From NCBI GenBank assembly GCA_963817895.1, contig CAWFQB010000005.1:800001-864000 (forward strand): DNA of 64,000 nt. The letters are read 5' to 3'. Within the stretch, counting starts at the first letter, position 1, and every line of letters begins with the position of its first letter. Below the pieces are notes generated by a model that saw nothing but the letters and a program-made list of their open reading frames with translations, did not search any database and was not told where the DNA came from. The translations under genes and the position numbers were made by a program. Origin of the DNA: an uncultured Chthonomonadaceae bacterium. Its GTDB lineage: Bacteria; Armatimonadota; Chthonomonadetes; Chthonomonadales; Chthonomonadaceae. Below are positions 11,121 to 20,025 of this stretch, one piece after another.

Positions 11121-12407
11121 GTGGACATACCGCATCTGTTATCGGAGTTGGCGAACGTTGTGGGTGGCGTAAATGTGCTGGCGCAGGCTGTGCCGCCGGA
11201 ATTATCTCTGCCTTCCGGCTGGAAGAATCCGCCCGTTGCCACTATAATTCCCGGCAGTTCGGATGAAGTGGCGCGGGTTGTTACGGCGTGTGAAGCGTCG
11301 GGAGTTGCCATTGTGGTTATCGGGGGCGCGACGCAGCTGCAAACGGGCTATCCGCCCCGCGAAGACAGGCCGTATCTGCTGCTTTTTACCGCCCGAATGA
11401 ACCGCGTACTGGATCATCAGCCGGACGATATGACGATTACCTGCGAACCGGGAATTACGCTTGCCGCCGTGCAGGAGCATCTCAAAGCGCATCGGCAGAT
11501 TTTAGCCCTCGACGTGCCGCATGAAGATAAGGCGACCGTAGGCGGAATCGTATCTACAAACCTGAGCGGGTTCTGGCGCAACGCTTTTGGTACGCCTCGC
11601 GATCTGGTAATCGGCCTTCATGCCGTGATGAACGGAGGAGCGCGGGTCAAGGGCGGCGGCAAAGTGGTCAAAAATGTTGCCGGGTACGACGTGTGCAAAC
11701 TGTTTACGGGCGGGTGGGGGACGGCAGGCGTGATTACGGAAGTGACGTTTCGCGTTCGTCCCCTGCCGCCCTCCGAGCGCGTTATTCGACTGGACGCGCC
11801 CGACCTTGCCACTGCCGCTCATGCCGGATTGACGCTGCACCACGCGCAACTGGCCCCGATCTCTCTCATTATAACCAATGAGATTGACGGAAGACCCTGC
11901 CTGCTGGCGCTCCTGCAAGGCGTAGAGGCGCGTATGGACTGGCAGACCAACGAAATGGCGCGTATCGGCGCGCCGGAAGGATTGCAAGCGCCGCAGATTG
12001 TACCAACGGCTACCTTCCGCGAGTTGGGCGACAAACAGGGCAGGCTTGACGCCGCGACTCCCCTTGCCGGACGTATCGCCTGCCTGCTGACCGATCTCGA
12101 ACCCACATTGCGCAAACTGGAAGCTCTTCCCGGTATTCACCTGACTGCGGATGTTGCTGTAGGAATTATCCATTTTGCTGCGAACGAAACTAGCCCGGAT
12201 TTTGTCCAAACCATTGTGAACGCGGTTCCCGACACGGCGAACCTGCGCTGGATACGAATAGACGCCGACTTAGCGGAACGCATCGGCGCAAATCGTCTTA
12301 ACCTGTGGGGCGAAACGCGGGAAACGACACTGCTGCAAGCCGCGCTGAAACAGGCCATTGATCCCGTTGGCACATTCAGCCCCGGTCGCTTTGTGGGAAG
12401 AATTTAA
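11121..12407 (+). CDS. FAD-binding oxidoreductase, GlcE / D-2-hydroxyacid dehydrogenase-like
   Basis: ATVGG, GGKVVKNVAGYD..KL..G..GTAGVITE, DPVGTFSPG. Confidence 0.88.
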   Translation: MDIPHLLSELANVVGGVNVLAQAVPPELSLPSGWKNPPVATIIPGSSDEVARVVTACEASGVAIVVIGGATQLQTGYPPREDRPYLLLFTARMNRVLDHQPDDMTITCEPGITLAAVQEHLKAHRQILALDVPHEDKATVGGIVSTNLSGFWRNAFGTPRDLVIGLHAVMNGGARVKGGGKVVKNVAGYDVCKLFTGGWGTAGVITEVTFRVRPLPPSERVIRLDAPDLATAAHAGLTLHHAQLAPISLIITNEIDGRPCLLALLQGVEARMDWQTNEMARIGAPEGLQAPQIVPTATFRELGDKQGRLDAATPLAGRIACLLTDLEPTLRKLEALPGIHLTADVAVGIIHFAANETSPDFVQTIVNAVPDTANLRWIRIDADLAERIGANRLNLWGETRETTLLQAALKQAIDPVGTFSPGRFVGRI

Positions 12408-12411
12408 GCGA

Positions 12412-13446
12412 TTGAAACGTGTCAAAGCAAAGTTCTGGATAGCCCTGACTCTGGTTTGCCTGCCGCTGCTTGTACTGGCGGGCATGATGCAGACGGCGCG
12501 GCGCGAAGCCGCCGCGCGTAAACATCAGCATCAACTCAATGGCGATTTGTTTCAAGCAGTGAAGGAGAACATGGTTCCGCAGGTGGAAGCGTTGCTGGCA
12601 AAAGGCGCGGAAGCGAACTCGCAAGCATATTACGAGGAACCGGATGTCAGCCTGTCGGCTTTATGGCAGCAATGGAGGAACCGACTGCGTGGCGCGCCTC
12701 TGTCAACAGACAGCGCGAACCATGGAAGCGCGGGATTGGCTATGCAGGCGGCTCTGGACATAGCCGCGCAGACACAGTTCAAGGACTGGCGCGTATTAAA
12801 GTTGCTGGTGGATCATGGAGGAGACATTAACGCATGTGGGTATGAAGGCTTGAGCCAGAGTGCGCTGGATTGGACGACGGAACTGCAAAATTGGAAAGTA
12901 ACGAACTATCTGCTGGATCACGGCGCGAAGCCGGAAGTGGCAGAGATGAACGGTTCTATGAGCAATTCCACTCCCCTCCTGCAAACGGTCGCCTGCGACA
13001 ATATACAGGTTGCGACAAAGATGCTGGATAAAGGCGCGAACGTGAATTTCGTGCCGAAAGAGAACGGGGATACCGCGCTGTGTATCGCCATCATCCATGA
13101 GAACCCGGCCATGATTCGTTTGCTGCTGAAACGGGGCGCGGACATCAATCTGCCCAACCCGCAGGGACAAACGCCGCTGCACCGCTGTCAGGGCAGCGCG
13201 AAAGAGTTGGAAACCGCGACCCTGCTGCTGGATGAGGGAGCCGACCCCAATCGAAAAGATAGGGACGGCAACACCCCCCTGATGCTGGCGGCAAACGGCT
13301 ATCTGGAAATGACGCGACTGTACCTGTCACACAAAGCCGATACAACCATCCGCAACAAACAGGGACAAACCGCTTTGCAAATCGCCCAATCCCATAAAGA
13401 GACGGAAATTGCGACTGCGCTGAAGCAGGCAGGCGCAACGCGCTAA
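12412..13446 (+). CDS. Membrane-anchored ankyrin repeat protein
   Basis: TM helix then GDTALCIA, GQTPLH, GNTPLMLA, GQTALQIA. Start approximate. Confidence 0.88.
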   Translation: MKRVKAKFWIALTLVCLPLLVLAGMMQTARREAAARKHQHQLNGDLFQAVKENMVPQVEALLAKGAEANSQAYYEEPDVSLSALWQQWRNRLRGAPLSTDSANHGSAGLAMQAALDIAAQTQFKDWRVLKLLVDHGGDINACGYEGLSQSALDWTTELQNWKVTNYLLDHGAKPEVAEMNGSMSNSTPLLQTVACDNIQVATKMLDKGANVNFVPKENGDTALCIAIIHENPAMIRLLLKRGADINLPNPQGQTPLHRCQGSAKELETATLLLDEGADPNRKDRDGNTPLMLAANGYLEMTRLYLSHKADTTIRNKQGQTALQIAQSHKETEIATALKQAGATR

Positions 13447-13493
13447 CACTCAGGCAGCAGAAACTCGCCGCCCAATCTGCATCTTTGTAACTG

Positions 13494-13632
13494 TTCACCA
13501 CCAGGACGCCAGGAACACCAAGAGAAGACAGACAACTAAAAAATGTAGAACCTGAAACATTTTGTTCTCTCCTGTAATTGCAAAACGTTTTCGTCTCGTT
13601 TTTCTTGGTGTTCCTGGCGTCTTGGTGGTGAA
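13494..13632. repeat. Inverted pair of 9-nt-period repeats (CACCAGGA/CACCAAGA)
   Basis: TTCACCACCAGGACGCCAGGAACACCAAGA ... TCTTGGTGTTCCTGGCGTCTTGGTGGTGAA. Confidence 0.88.
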
Positions 13633-13662
13633 AGATTTTAATCGTTTGGAGAATTAACCGCT

Positions 13663-15141
13663 GTGCTGATGACCATTACCAGTGAAGCCCCCGATGCGTC
13701 CGATCTGGGCTTTCTGCTGCATAAAAACCCCGCCAATGTGCTGCGCGAAACCCGCAATTTCGGCGACATGATTGTCTTCTATCCCGAGGTCGAAGCGCAT
13801 CGCTGTACCGTCGCCCTCCTGCTTCAGGTGGACCCTGTCGGGCTGATACGCGGGCGGCAACACGCCAACGGCATTGACCAGTATGTGAATGATCGCCCGT
13901 ATGTCGCGTCGAGCCTGCTCAGTGTGGCGATTGCGGACGTGTTCGGCAGCGCGCTGAACGGGCGCAGCCGGGAGCGGGCGGAGCGCGTCGGGGAGAAAAT
14001 GCCCCTTCGCGCCCATCTGTCCGCCGTGTCCTGCGCGGGCGGCGCGGAGTTGATTACGCGCCTGTTCGCGCCTTTAGGATATACCGTAACCGTCGAGCGG
14101 GCGGCGCTGGACGAACGCTTTCCGAATTGGGGCGAATCGGACGTGTACGCGGTTGGGCTGGAGGGGATGCAGACGGTACAGGCGTTGCTTTCGCATCTCT
14201 ACGTGCTGATACCCGTTCTGGACAACGCCAAGCATTATTTTGTGGGAGAAGCCGAGGCCGACAAACTGCTGCAAAAGGGCGCGGACTGGCTGCCGACTCA
14301 CCCGGAACACGACCTCATCACGCGCCGGTATCTGAACTACAAGCAGTCTATCATTCGGGGCGCGTTGGATCAGTTGAAAGCCTTGCAGCCTGTTCTTGAG
14401 GACGCGACCGAAACGCAGGACGAGGCCGACGCCCGCAACGAACAGGCCGAAGCAACCCGCGAAACCAGTCTGCGCCTGAACGATGCGCGACTACAGGCGG
14501 CTCTGGCAGCGGTCACAGAACTAAATCCGCCCGCGCAACGCGTGTTGGATCTGGGCTGTGGCGAGGGCAAACTGCTTAAAATGTTGCTGAACGAGCGTAG
14601 CCTGCGCGAAATCGTGGGGGTGGACGTGGCCGCGCATACGCTGGAACACGCTTCCCGCCGCCTGCATCTGGACACCATGCCGGAACGCCAACGCGCCCGC
14701 ATCCAACTTTTGCAAGGCTCAATCGTATATCGAGATGAGCGTTTCAACAATTTCGACGTGGCGCTGCTTATCGAAGTGATCGAGCATCTGGACCCGCCGC
14801 GCCTGAACGCGATGGAGCAGGTTGTGTTCGCCCATGCCCGCCCGCGCCGGATTGTGATTACCACGCCCAACGCGGAGTACAACAGCCATTGGGCCAGCCT
14901 TCCCGCCGGTAAATTCCGGCATCGAGATCACCGTTTCGAGTGGACTCGGGCGCAATTTCAAGAGTGGGCGCAAGCCGTTGCCGCCCGGAATGGTTACAGT
15001 GTGGCGTTTCAAGGGATCGGACCTGAAGAACCCGAACTCGGCAGTCCCACGCAAATGGCGGTGTTTGACCTCACCCCCGGCCCCTCTCCTTGCCGCGCAA
15101 CGCGCCAGGAGAGGGGAGAGGCTGTATATGAAAGTATCTAA
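13663..15141 (+). CDS. hen1: 3'-terminal RNA ribose 2'-O-methyltransferase Hen1
   Basis: DLGFLLHKNP, YVNDRPYVASS, HLYVLIPVLDNAKHY, LDLGCGEG, EVIEH, TTPNAEYN, RHRDHRFEW, PTQMAVF. Confidence 0.95.
   Translation: MLMTITSEAPDASDLGFLLHKNPANVLRETRNFGDMIVFYPEVEAHRCTVALLLQVDPVGLIRGRQHANGIDQYVNDRPYVASSLLSVAIADVFGSALNGRSRERAERVGEKMPLRAHLSAVSCAGGAELITRLFAPLGYTVTVERAALDERFPNWGESDVYAVGLEGMQTVQALLSHLYVLIPVLDNAKHYFVGEAEADKLLQKGADWLPTHPEHDLITRRYLNYKQSIIRGALDQLKALQPVLEDATETQDEADARNEQAEATRETSLRLNDARLQAALAAVTELNPPAQRVLDLGCGEGKLLKMLLNERSLREIVGVDVAAHTLEHASRRLHLDTMPERQRARIQLLQGSIVYRDERFNNFDVALLIEVIEHLDPPRLNAMEQVVFAHARPRRIVITTPNAEYNSHWASLPAGKFRHRDHRFEWTRAQFQEWAQAVAARNGYSVAFQGIGPEEPELGSPTQMAVFDLTPGPSPCRATRQERGEAVYESI
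15068..15120. repeat. REP-like palindrome inside the hen1 3' end
   Basis: Near-identical to 3709..3770, including the GCCGCGCAACGCGCC loop; translated as LTPGPSPCRATRQERGE. Confidence 0.85.
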
Positions 15142-15652
15142 ACGAAAACTCTGGATTCGGATGTTCGGGCTGTTTGTCAGTATGCCGCTTTCGTTGCTGT
15201 TGCTCGGTTCCGCGTACACGCGCGACCGGACGCGCAAAATGGAAGCCCATGACGAAGCGCTCAAACAGGGGATTGGTTCGCTGTGCAATGCCGCTATGCT
15301 GTACGCGATGGCGCATAATGGCAAACTGCCGTCCGCCGAGCATTGGGTGCAGGACATGCAAACGGAAGCCGGGGCGCTGCCGCTGACCCTGCCGCATACG
15401 CCGGGGGGCGCGGGCCGCAGCATTGCCATGAACCGCTCTCTCGCCAACGTGAGCCTGAAAACTCTGCCCCATCCCGAACGCGCTATTCTGTTCTTCGAGT
15501 CCACGTCCCCCGCGCCGGGGGCCTGTGACAATCTGCAATCTCTGATACCCGTCGGCGATCCCGCCCCACTCCTGTTTGGCTTCGCGGACGGCCACCTCGA
15601 AGACTTCCCCGCCAATCAACGCGCCGAAGTCCTTAACCGCGCAAGCAAATGA
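15128..15652 (+). CDS. Hypothetical exported protein with pilin-like / H-X9-DG-like C-terminus
   Basis: TM segment, YAMAHNGKLP, AMN..L, FADGH. Confidence 0.6.
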   Translation: MKVSKRKLWIRMFGLFVSMPLSLLLLGSAYTRDRTRKMEAHDEALKQGIGSLCNAAMLYAMAHNGKLPSAEHWVQDMQTEAGALPLTLPHTPGGAGRSIAMNRSLANVSLKTLPHPERAILFFESTSPAPGACDNLQSLIPVGDPAPLLFGFADGHLEDFPANQRAEVLNRASK

Positions 15653-15665
15653 GATCGTTTCAGGT

Positions 15666-16079
15666 TTAAGGCAGTCCGAGCCTTGCTTTGAGGGCTTTCA
15701 CCATGCCTTTAGGGGTGAGGTCAGACTTCAAAGCGCCGTCCACAATGCGCTGTAGAAGATTATCTGAAGCGGGAAAATGACGCTGAAATTTGCTGCCCTG
15801 CCCCAATGCGCTCAACTGCTCAAGTTTGTCCAGTGTATCAACCTCTATTTCCATCAGGAGATCGAAACTTACAGCAGTTTTGCGGTTGATGAATGGGTGT
15901 TCGCCGGGTTCGAGAACCAGCGTCATATCTGTTGTGGAGGTAAGAGTGTTGAAGGGGACAGCAAGGATTGTCAGTGGGTTTCCCGCCGCATCGCACACGA
16001 CGACAAACAGGTGAAGTTTTGCGTCCAATCCTCCCAATCCGCCGAGAAGGAAAGTATCGCCCGCCTGAAAAGACGCCAT
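15666..16079 (-). CDS. Putative toxin, PemK/MazF-like
   Basis: GDTFL..HLFVVV..VPFNT..LEPGEHPFI pattern; TGATG overlap with the upstream Panacea gene. Confidence 0.6.
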   Translation of the reverse strand: MASFQAGDTFLLGGLGGLDAKLHLFVVVCDAAGNPLTILAVPFNTLTSTTDMTLVLEPGEHPFINRKTAVSFDLLMEIEVDTLDKLEQLSALGQGSKFQRHFPASDNLLQRIVDGALKSDLTPKGMVKALKARLGLP

Positions 16080-16612
16080 CAAAGCGCCTCCAAAACAAGT
16101 CGGGTATCATCCTGAATACGTATGTTTTCCAGAATACCGGCAATATCTTCTTCGTCAAACCCCTCGACGCGAAGAACTGCCTCATACGTCAATTCTTTAG
16201 AAGAGTCTTTCAAATCTTCCCATTCAAGCGATGCGTGTACAACATCAGCCATCGGCCACCTGCTATGACTTTTGAAGTCTGCGAATACTTTATCTATAAT
16301 GCGGTCTTCCGCAATGGAGAGCGCGTCCGCGCCGGGGCTGCTAGAAAGGGTCACATTGGAATTTTCGGTCGTAATGTAATTTGACCAGTAGGTAGAATGA
16401 GCCTCTTCCTTGATGAGATTGTACGTTGAACTCAGCGCGGGGCCATATTTCAGCGCAAACCAACGGTCGTATGTGATGGGCTTGCCATGTTCGACAAGCA
16501 TCTGCTTATCGGCGACATAAAGCAGTTTCATCAATTGCGTATAAGGCAGGCATCCTCCGGCCAATTGCAAAAATCGCGCCGCCATCTGCGTCGTTTTGTC
16601 TTCACGAAACAT
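16079..16612 (-). CDS. Panacea (DUF4065/SocA-like) antitoxin
   Basis: LMKLLYVAD..HGKPITYD..ALKYGP..H...EW; GGAGG RBS before ATG 16612. Confidence 0.88.
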   Translation of the reverse strand: MFREDKTTQMAARFLQLAGGCLPYTQLMKLLYVADKQMLVEHGKPITYDRWFALKYGPALSSTYNLIKEEAHSTYWSNYITTENSNVTLSSSPGADALSIAEDRIIDKVFADFKSHSRWPMADVVHASLEWEDLKDSSKELTYEAVLRVEGFDEEDIAGILENIRIQDDTRLVLEAL

Positions 16613-16785
16613 GATAAACCTCCCGCCTGTTCTCTGCGCCATCCGCCCAACCCCGAATGTAAATGAATTATACCATTGTTGACGAACGAGGAGAGGGAAA
16701 CCTTGTTTTCTCCTTTTTCGTTTATTTCGCGTGTTTCGCGGTTCCCCTCTCCCTGTCTCCTTATCTCCTCTTCTCCCTGTCTGAG

Positions 16786-18237
16786 TTACGCGGTTTGTTG
16801 CAGGGCGTTGAGCAGGATGTCTATCGCCCGATGCGCCAGTTCTTCCGGTGTATTGAGCGACGGAATCAGGCGGAGGGCGGCGCAGTCCGTATGCGGGTTG
16901 CCAATTTTCGCGCCACAGGTCAGCAATAATAAACCATTGGCGCGGGCGTGGGCTTTTACGGTATCACATCGGGCGTAATCGGGTTTGCCTTGCGCGTCGC
17001 GCAGTTCGACGGCGAGCATCAGGCCGTTTCCGCGCACATCTACCACGCCGCAGTGTCCGACAAGCGGGCGCAGGCGGGCGGTGATTTCCGCGCCAAGACA
17101 GGCGGCGCGTTCCACGAGTTTTTCTCGCGCAACGGTTTGCAGGGCGGCCAGTCCCGCCGCGCAGGAGAGAGGGTTGCCGCCAAAAGTTGTGCCGTGTTCT
17201 CCCGGTTGCCACTTTGACATGAGTTCCTGACGGGCGGCGATGCCCGCCAGCGGCAGTCCGCCGCCGACCGCTTTGCCGAACACAACCACATCCGGCTCAA
17301 TTTCCAAATGCTCGAAACCAAACCATTTTCCGGTTCTGCCAAACCCGGATTGTATCTCATCGGCAACCAGCAAAATGCCGTATTCGCGTGTCAACTGGCG
17401 TATGCGTTGCGCGGCTGTGAGCGACATGGGCATATAGCCGCCCTCGCCCTGCTGCGCTTCCATGAAGACGGCGGCGATTTCATGCCCATGCTGTTGTAGA
17501 ATCTGTTCAAGGCCGTTCGCGCAGCACTGATCGGCGGGTTTGCGCGGTTGACAGCCCTGGCAGCGCGGGGCGGGAGCGTGGAAAATGTTGGCGCGAAGCG
17601 GGGCAAGGAAATCTTCGTAGGCGTTCCAGTGCAGGGTTTTGGAACGGGACAAGGCGCTTGCGAACAGAGTGCGGCCATGAAACGCGCCTTCAAACGCGAC
17701 AAACTTGTGGCGTCCGGTCGCTTTCAAGGCCAGTTTCGCGGCGGAATCAATGGACTCGCTGCCGCTGTTCATAAACAGAAATGACCAGTCGGAACCGGAA
17801 TTGTCTGGGGAAGCGGTTGAGCTGGCAGAATGAGTATCGGAGGAAGCGGGCAAAACGGTCTGGAACAGATCGCGCATCCAGGCGGCGAGTTCCAGTTGCG
17901 GCGTATGGCGGAAAATGTCGGATGTGTGCAGGGTTCGCGCCGCCTGTTCCTGAATGGCGCGTACCACATCGGGGTGATTATGCCCGCAGGCGTGAACCGC
18001 GATGCCGCCCGTAAAATCTATGTATTCTTCGCCCTGATAGGTCGTTACCGTCGCGCCCCTCGTTTCCAGCGCAACACTGTCCGTTTCAAATCCGACCACT
18101 TCGGCCAGCAAGCCCGCGTCGTTCCACTCCAAAACCTGCTCGTTCCACGCCAAACCGGACTCGTTCGCTGTCTGAGCGTATCCATTTCCCGTTTGCGCGT
18201 GTTTATTTCCGATCTCAACCTGTTCCTCTTGCAACAT
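16786..18237 (-). CDS. Class-III PLP aminotransferase (GabT/ArgD/Lat-like)
   Basis: YIDFTGGIAV..GHNHP, NSGSE, AFHGRT, QGEGG, DEIQSGFGRTG, GKAVGGG, HGTTFGGNP. Confidence 0.92.
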   Translation of the reverse strand: MLQEEQVEIGNKHAQTGNGYAQTANESGLAWNEQVLEWNDAGLLAEVVGFETDSVALETRGATVTTYQGEEYIDFTGGIAVHACGHNHPDVVRAIQEQAARTLHTSDIFRHTPQLELAAWMRDLFQTVLPASSDTHSASSTASPDNSGSDWSFLFMNSGSESIDSAAKLALKATGRHKFVAFEGAFHGRTLFASALSRSKTLHWNAYEDFLAPLRANIFHAPAPRCQGCQPRKPADQCCANGLEQILQQHGHEIAAVFMEAQQGEGGYMPMSLTAAQRIRQLTREYGILLVADEIQSGFGRTGKWFGFEHLEIEPDVVVFGKAVGGGLPLAGIAARQELMSKWQPGEHGTTFGGNPLSCAAGLAALQTVAREKLVERAACLGAEITARLRPLVGHCGVVDVRGNGLMLAVELRDAQGKPDYARCDTVKAHARANGLLLLTCGAKIGNPHTDCAALRLIPSLNTPEELAHRAIDILLNALQQTA

Positions 18238-18260
18238 TCTGCTTCATCCTTTTCTCGGAA

Positions 18261-19766
18261 CTATCCGTCCCATTGTTGAACATCAATTTGCGCGCGTACC
18301 AGTTCCGCGCTTTCGCTGTAATTCACGTACATGCTTTTCCACTCGGTGCAATAGTCCATTGCCATCCACCCCGCCTCCCTGTGACCGTTTCCGGTCTGTT
18401 TGATGCCGCCGAACGGAAGCTGAATCTCGGCCCCGCTCGTTGGCAGATTGATGTAAACAATGCCCGCGTCCAGTTCATTCATGGCGCGGAACGCGCGGTT
18501 TACGTCGCGCGTGTACAGCGATAAAGACAAGCCGTACTGCGTGGCGTTCGCCGCCCGCAGGGCTTCGTCAAGGCTGCCCACTTCGATAAGAGCCGTCACC
18601 GGCCCGAAAATCTCTTCCTGCGCCACCCGCATATTCAGGGTCACGTTGTCCAATACCGTCGGCGCGTAAAAACAACCCGGCGCGAATTCGCCCTCATCCA
18701 GAACGCGCCCGCCCGTAAGAACCTGCGCGCCTTCCGCTTTGCCGATCTCCACATAGCCGTGTATCCGCTCCAACTGCCGCCGATTGACGACCGGGCCGAT
18801 TTCCGCGTGGGGGTCCAGTCCCGCGCCCATGCGCAGCGCGTTCGTTCGGTCTACAAGTTCGTTTCGGAACTTTGGCATCACATCTTTATGGATAATCAGC
18901 CGACTCGCCGCCGTGCAGCGTTGCCCTGCCGTTCCGAACGCGCTCCACAACGCGCCTTTGAGAGCCAGTTCCAGATTCGCGTCGTCCAGAACCACAATCG
19001 CGTTCTTGCCGCCCAACTCGCAACTGACGCGCTTCATCAAATGCCCGCACCGTCCCGCGATCTGCCTGCCGACAGCCGTAGAACCCGTGAATGAGATTGT
19101 GGACACGTCCGGGTGTTCCACCAGCGCGGCTCCGGCCTCGTTTCCATAGCCGGTTACGATGTTGACGACTCCCGGCGGCACTCCGGCTTCAATCAGCAGT
19201 TCGACAAACGTAACCGCCAGTCCGGGCGTATCTTCGGCGGGCTTGAAGACGACCGTATTGCCCGCCATCAGCGCGGGAAACATCTTCCAGCTTGGTATGG
19301 CAATCGGGAAATTCCACGGCGTAATCAGTCCCACCACGCCAACCGGAACCCGCTGCGCCGCGCAGTATACGTCTTCCCGTTCGCTTGGAACCAGACTGCC
19401 ATTGGGCAGCCGCCCGAACGCGGCCATGTAGAACGCCATGTCAATGGCTTCTTGCACATCGCCCCGCGCCTCCACCAGCACCTTGCCCATCTCGCGTACC
19501 ATCTGCGCGGCAAGTTCTTCCTTGCGCGTTTCCATCAGCCGCCCCATGCGCGTCAAAATCGCCCCACGAGAGGGAGCCGGAGTTTTCCGCCACGCCACAT
19601 ACGCTTCCCGCGCCGCCTGTACCGCCGCGTCCACATCCACCGCCTGCGACCGCGCATACACGCCGATCACTTCCGAAACATTGGCCGGGTTGCGCGATTC
19701 AAACGTTTGCCCAGACACCGCGCCCTGCCATACCCCCGCTATGTAATTGCTGTTGCCCTGCTGCAT
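18261..19766 (-). CDS. NAD(P)-dependent aldehyde dehydrogenase (semialdehyde dehydrogenase-like)
   Basis: ITPWNFP, FTGS, ELGGKN, GQRCTA, EEIFGP, PFGG; GGAG RBS before ATG 19766. Confidence 0.95.
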   Translation of the reverse strand: MQQGNSNYIAGVWQGAVSGQTFESRNPANVSEVIGVYARSQAVDVDAAVQAAREAYVAWRKTPAPSRGAILTRMGRLMETRKEELAAQMVREMGKVLVEARGDVQEAIDMAFYMAAFGRLPNGSLVPSEREDVYCAAQRVPVGVVGLITPWNFPIAIPSWKMFPALMAGNTVVFKPAEDTPGLAVTFVELLIEAGVPPGVVNIVTGYGNEAGAALVEHPDVSTISFTGSTAVGRQIAGRCGHLMKRVSCELGGKNAIVVLDDANLELALKGALWSAFGTAGQRCTAASRLIIHKDVMPKFRNELVDRTNALRMGAGLDPHAEIGPVVNRRQLERIHGYVEIGKAEGAQVLTGGRVLDEGEFAPGCFYAPTVLDNVTLNMRVAQEEIFGPVTALIEVGSLDEALRAANATQYGLSLSLYTRDVNRAFRAMNELDAGIVYINLPTSGAEIQLPFGGIKQTGNGHREAGWMAMDYCTEWKSMYVNYSESAELVRAQIDVQQWDG

Positions 19767-19781
19767 AATCGTACTCCAATG

Positions 19782-20025
19782 CGAACTAACCACCCGCTAC
19801 GCTAGAGACACAGAGGCACAGAGGAAAAGCCAATGCGAAAGGAACAAGGAGAGATAATTCGAGATACAAGATACGAGAAGAGGTGATTACAAGCCTGACT
19901 CATCTCTTTGAAATCCTGTTTAATCCTGAAAATCCTGTTAATCCTGTCTATTCTCCTCTTTTCTTCTTTTCTCTATGTTCCCTCTCTGTGTCTCTGTGTC
20001 TCTAGCGTAGCGGGTGGTTAGTTCG
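19782..20025. repeat. MITE-like element: about 40-bp inverted arms (ACACAGAG units) enclosing other short tandem repeats
   Basis: CGAACTAACCACCCGCTACGCTAGAGACACAGAGGCACAGAG ... CTCTGTGTCTCTGTGTCTCTAGCGTAGCGGGTGGTTAGTTCG, with internal GATACRA and AATCCTG arrays. Confidence 0.9.
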
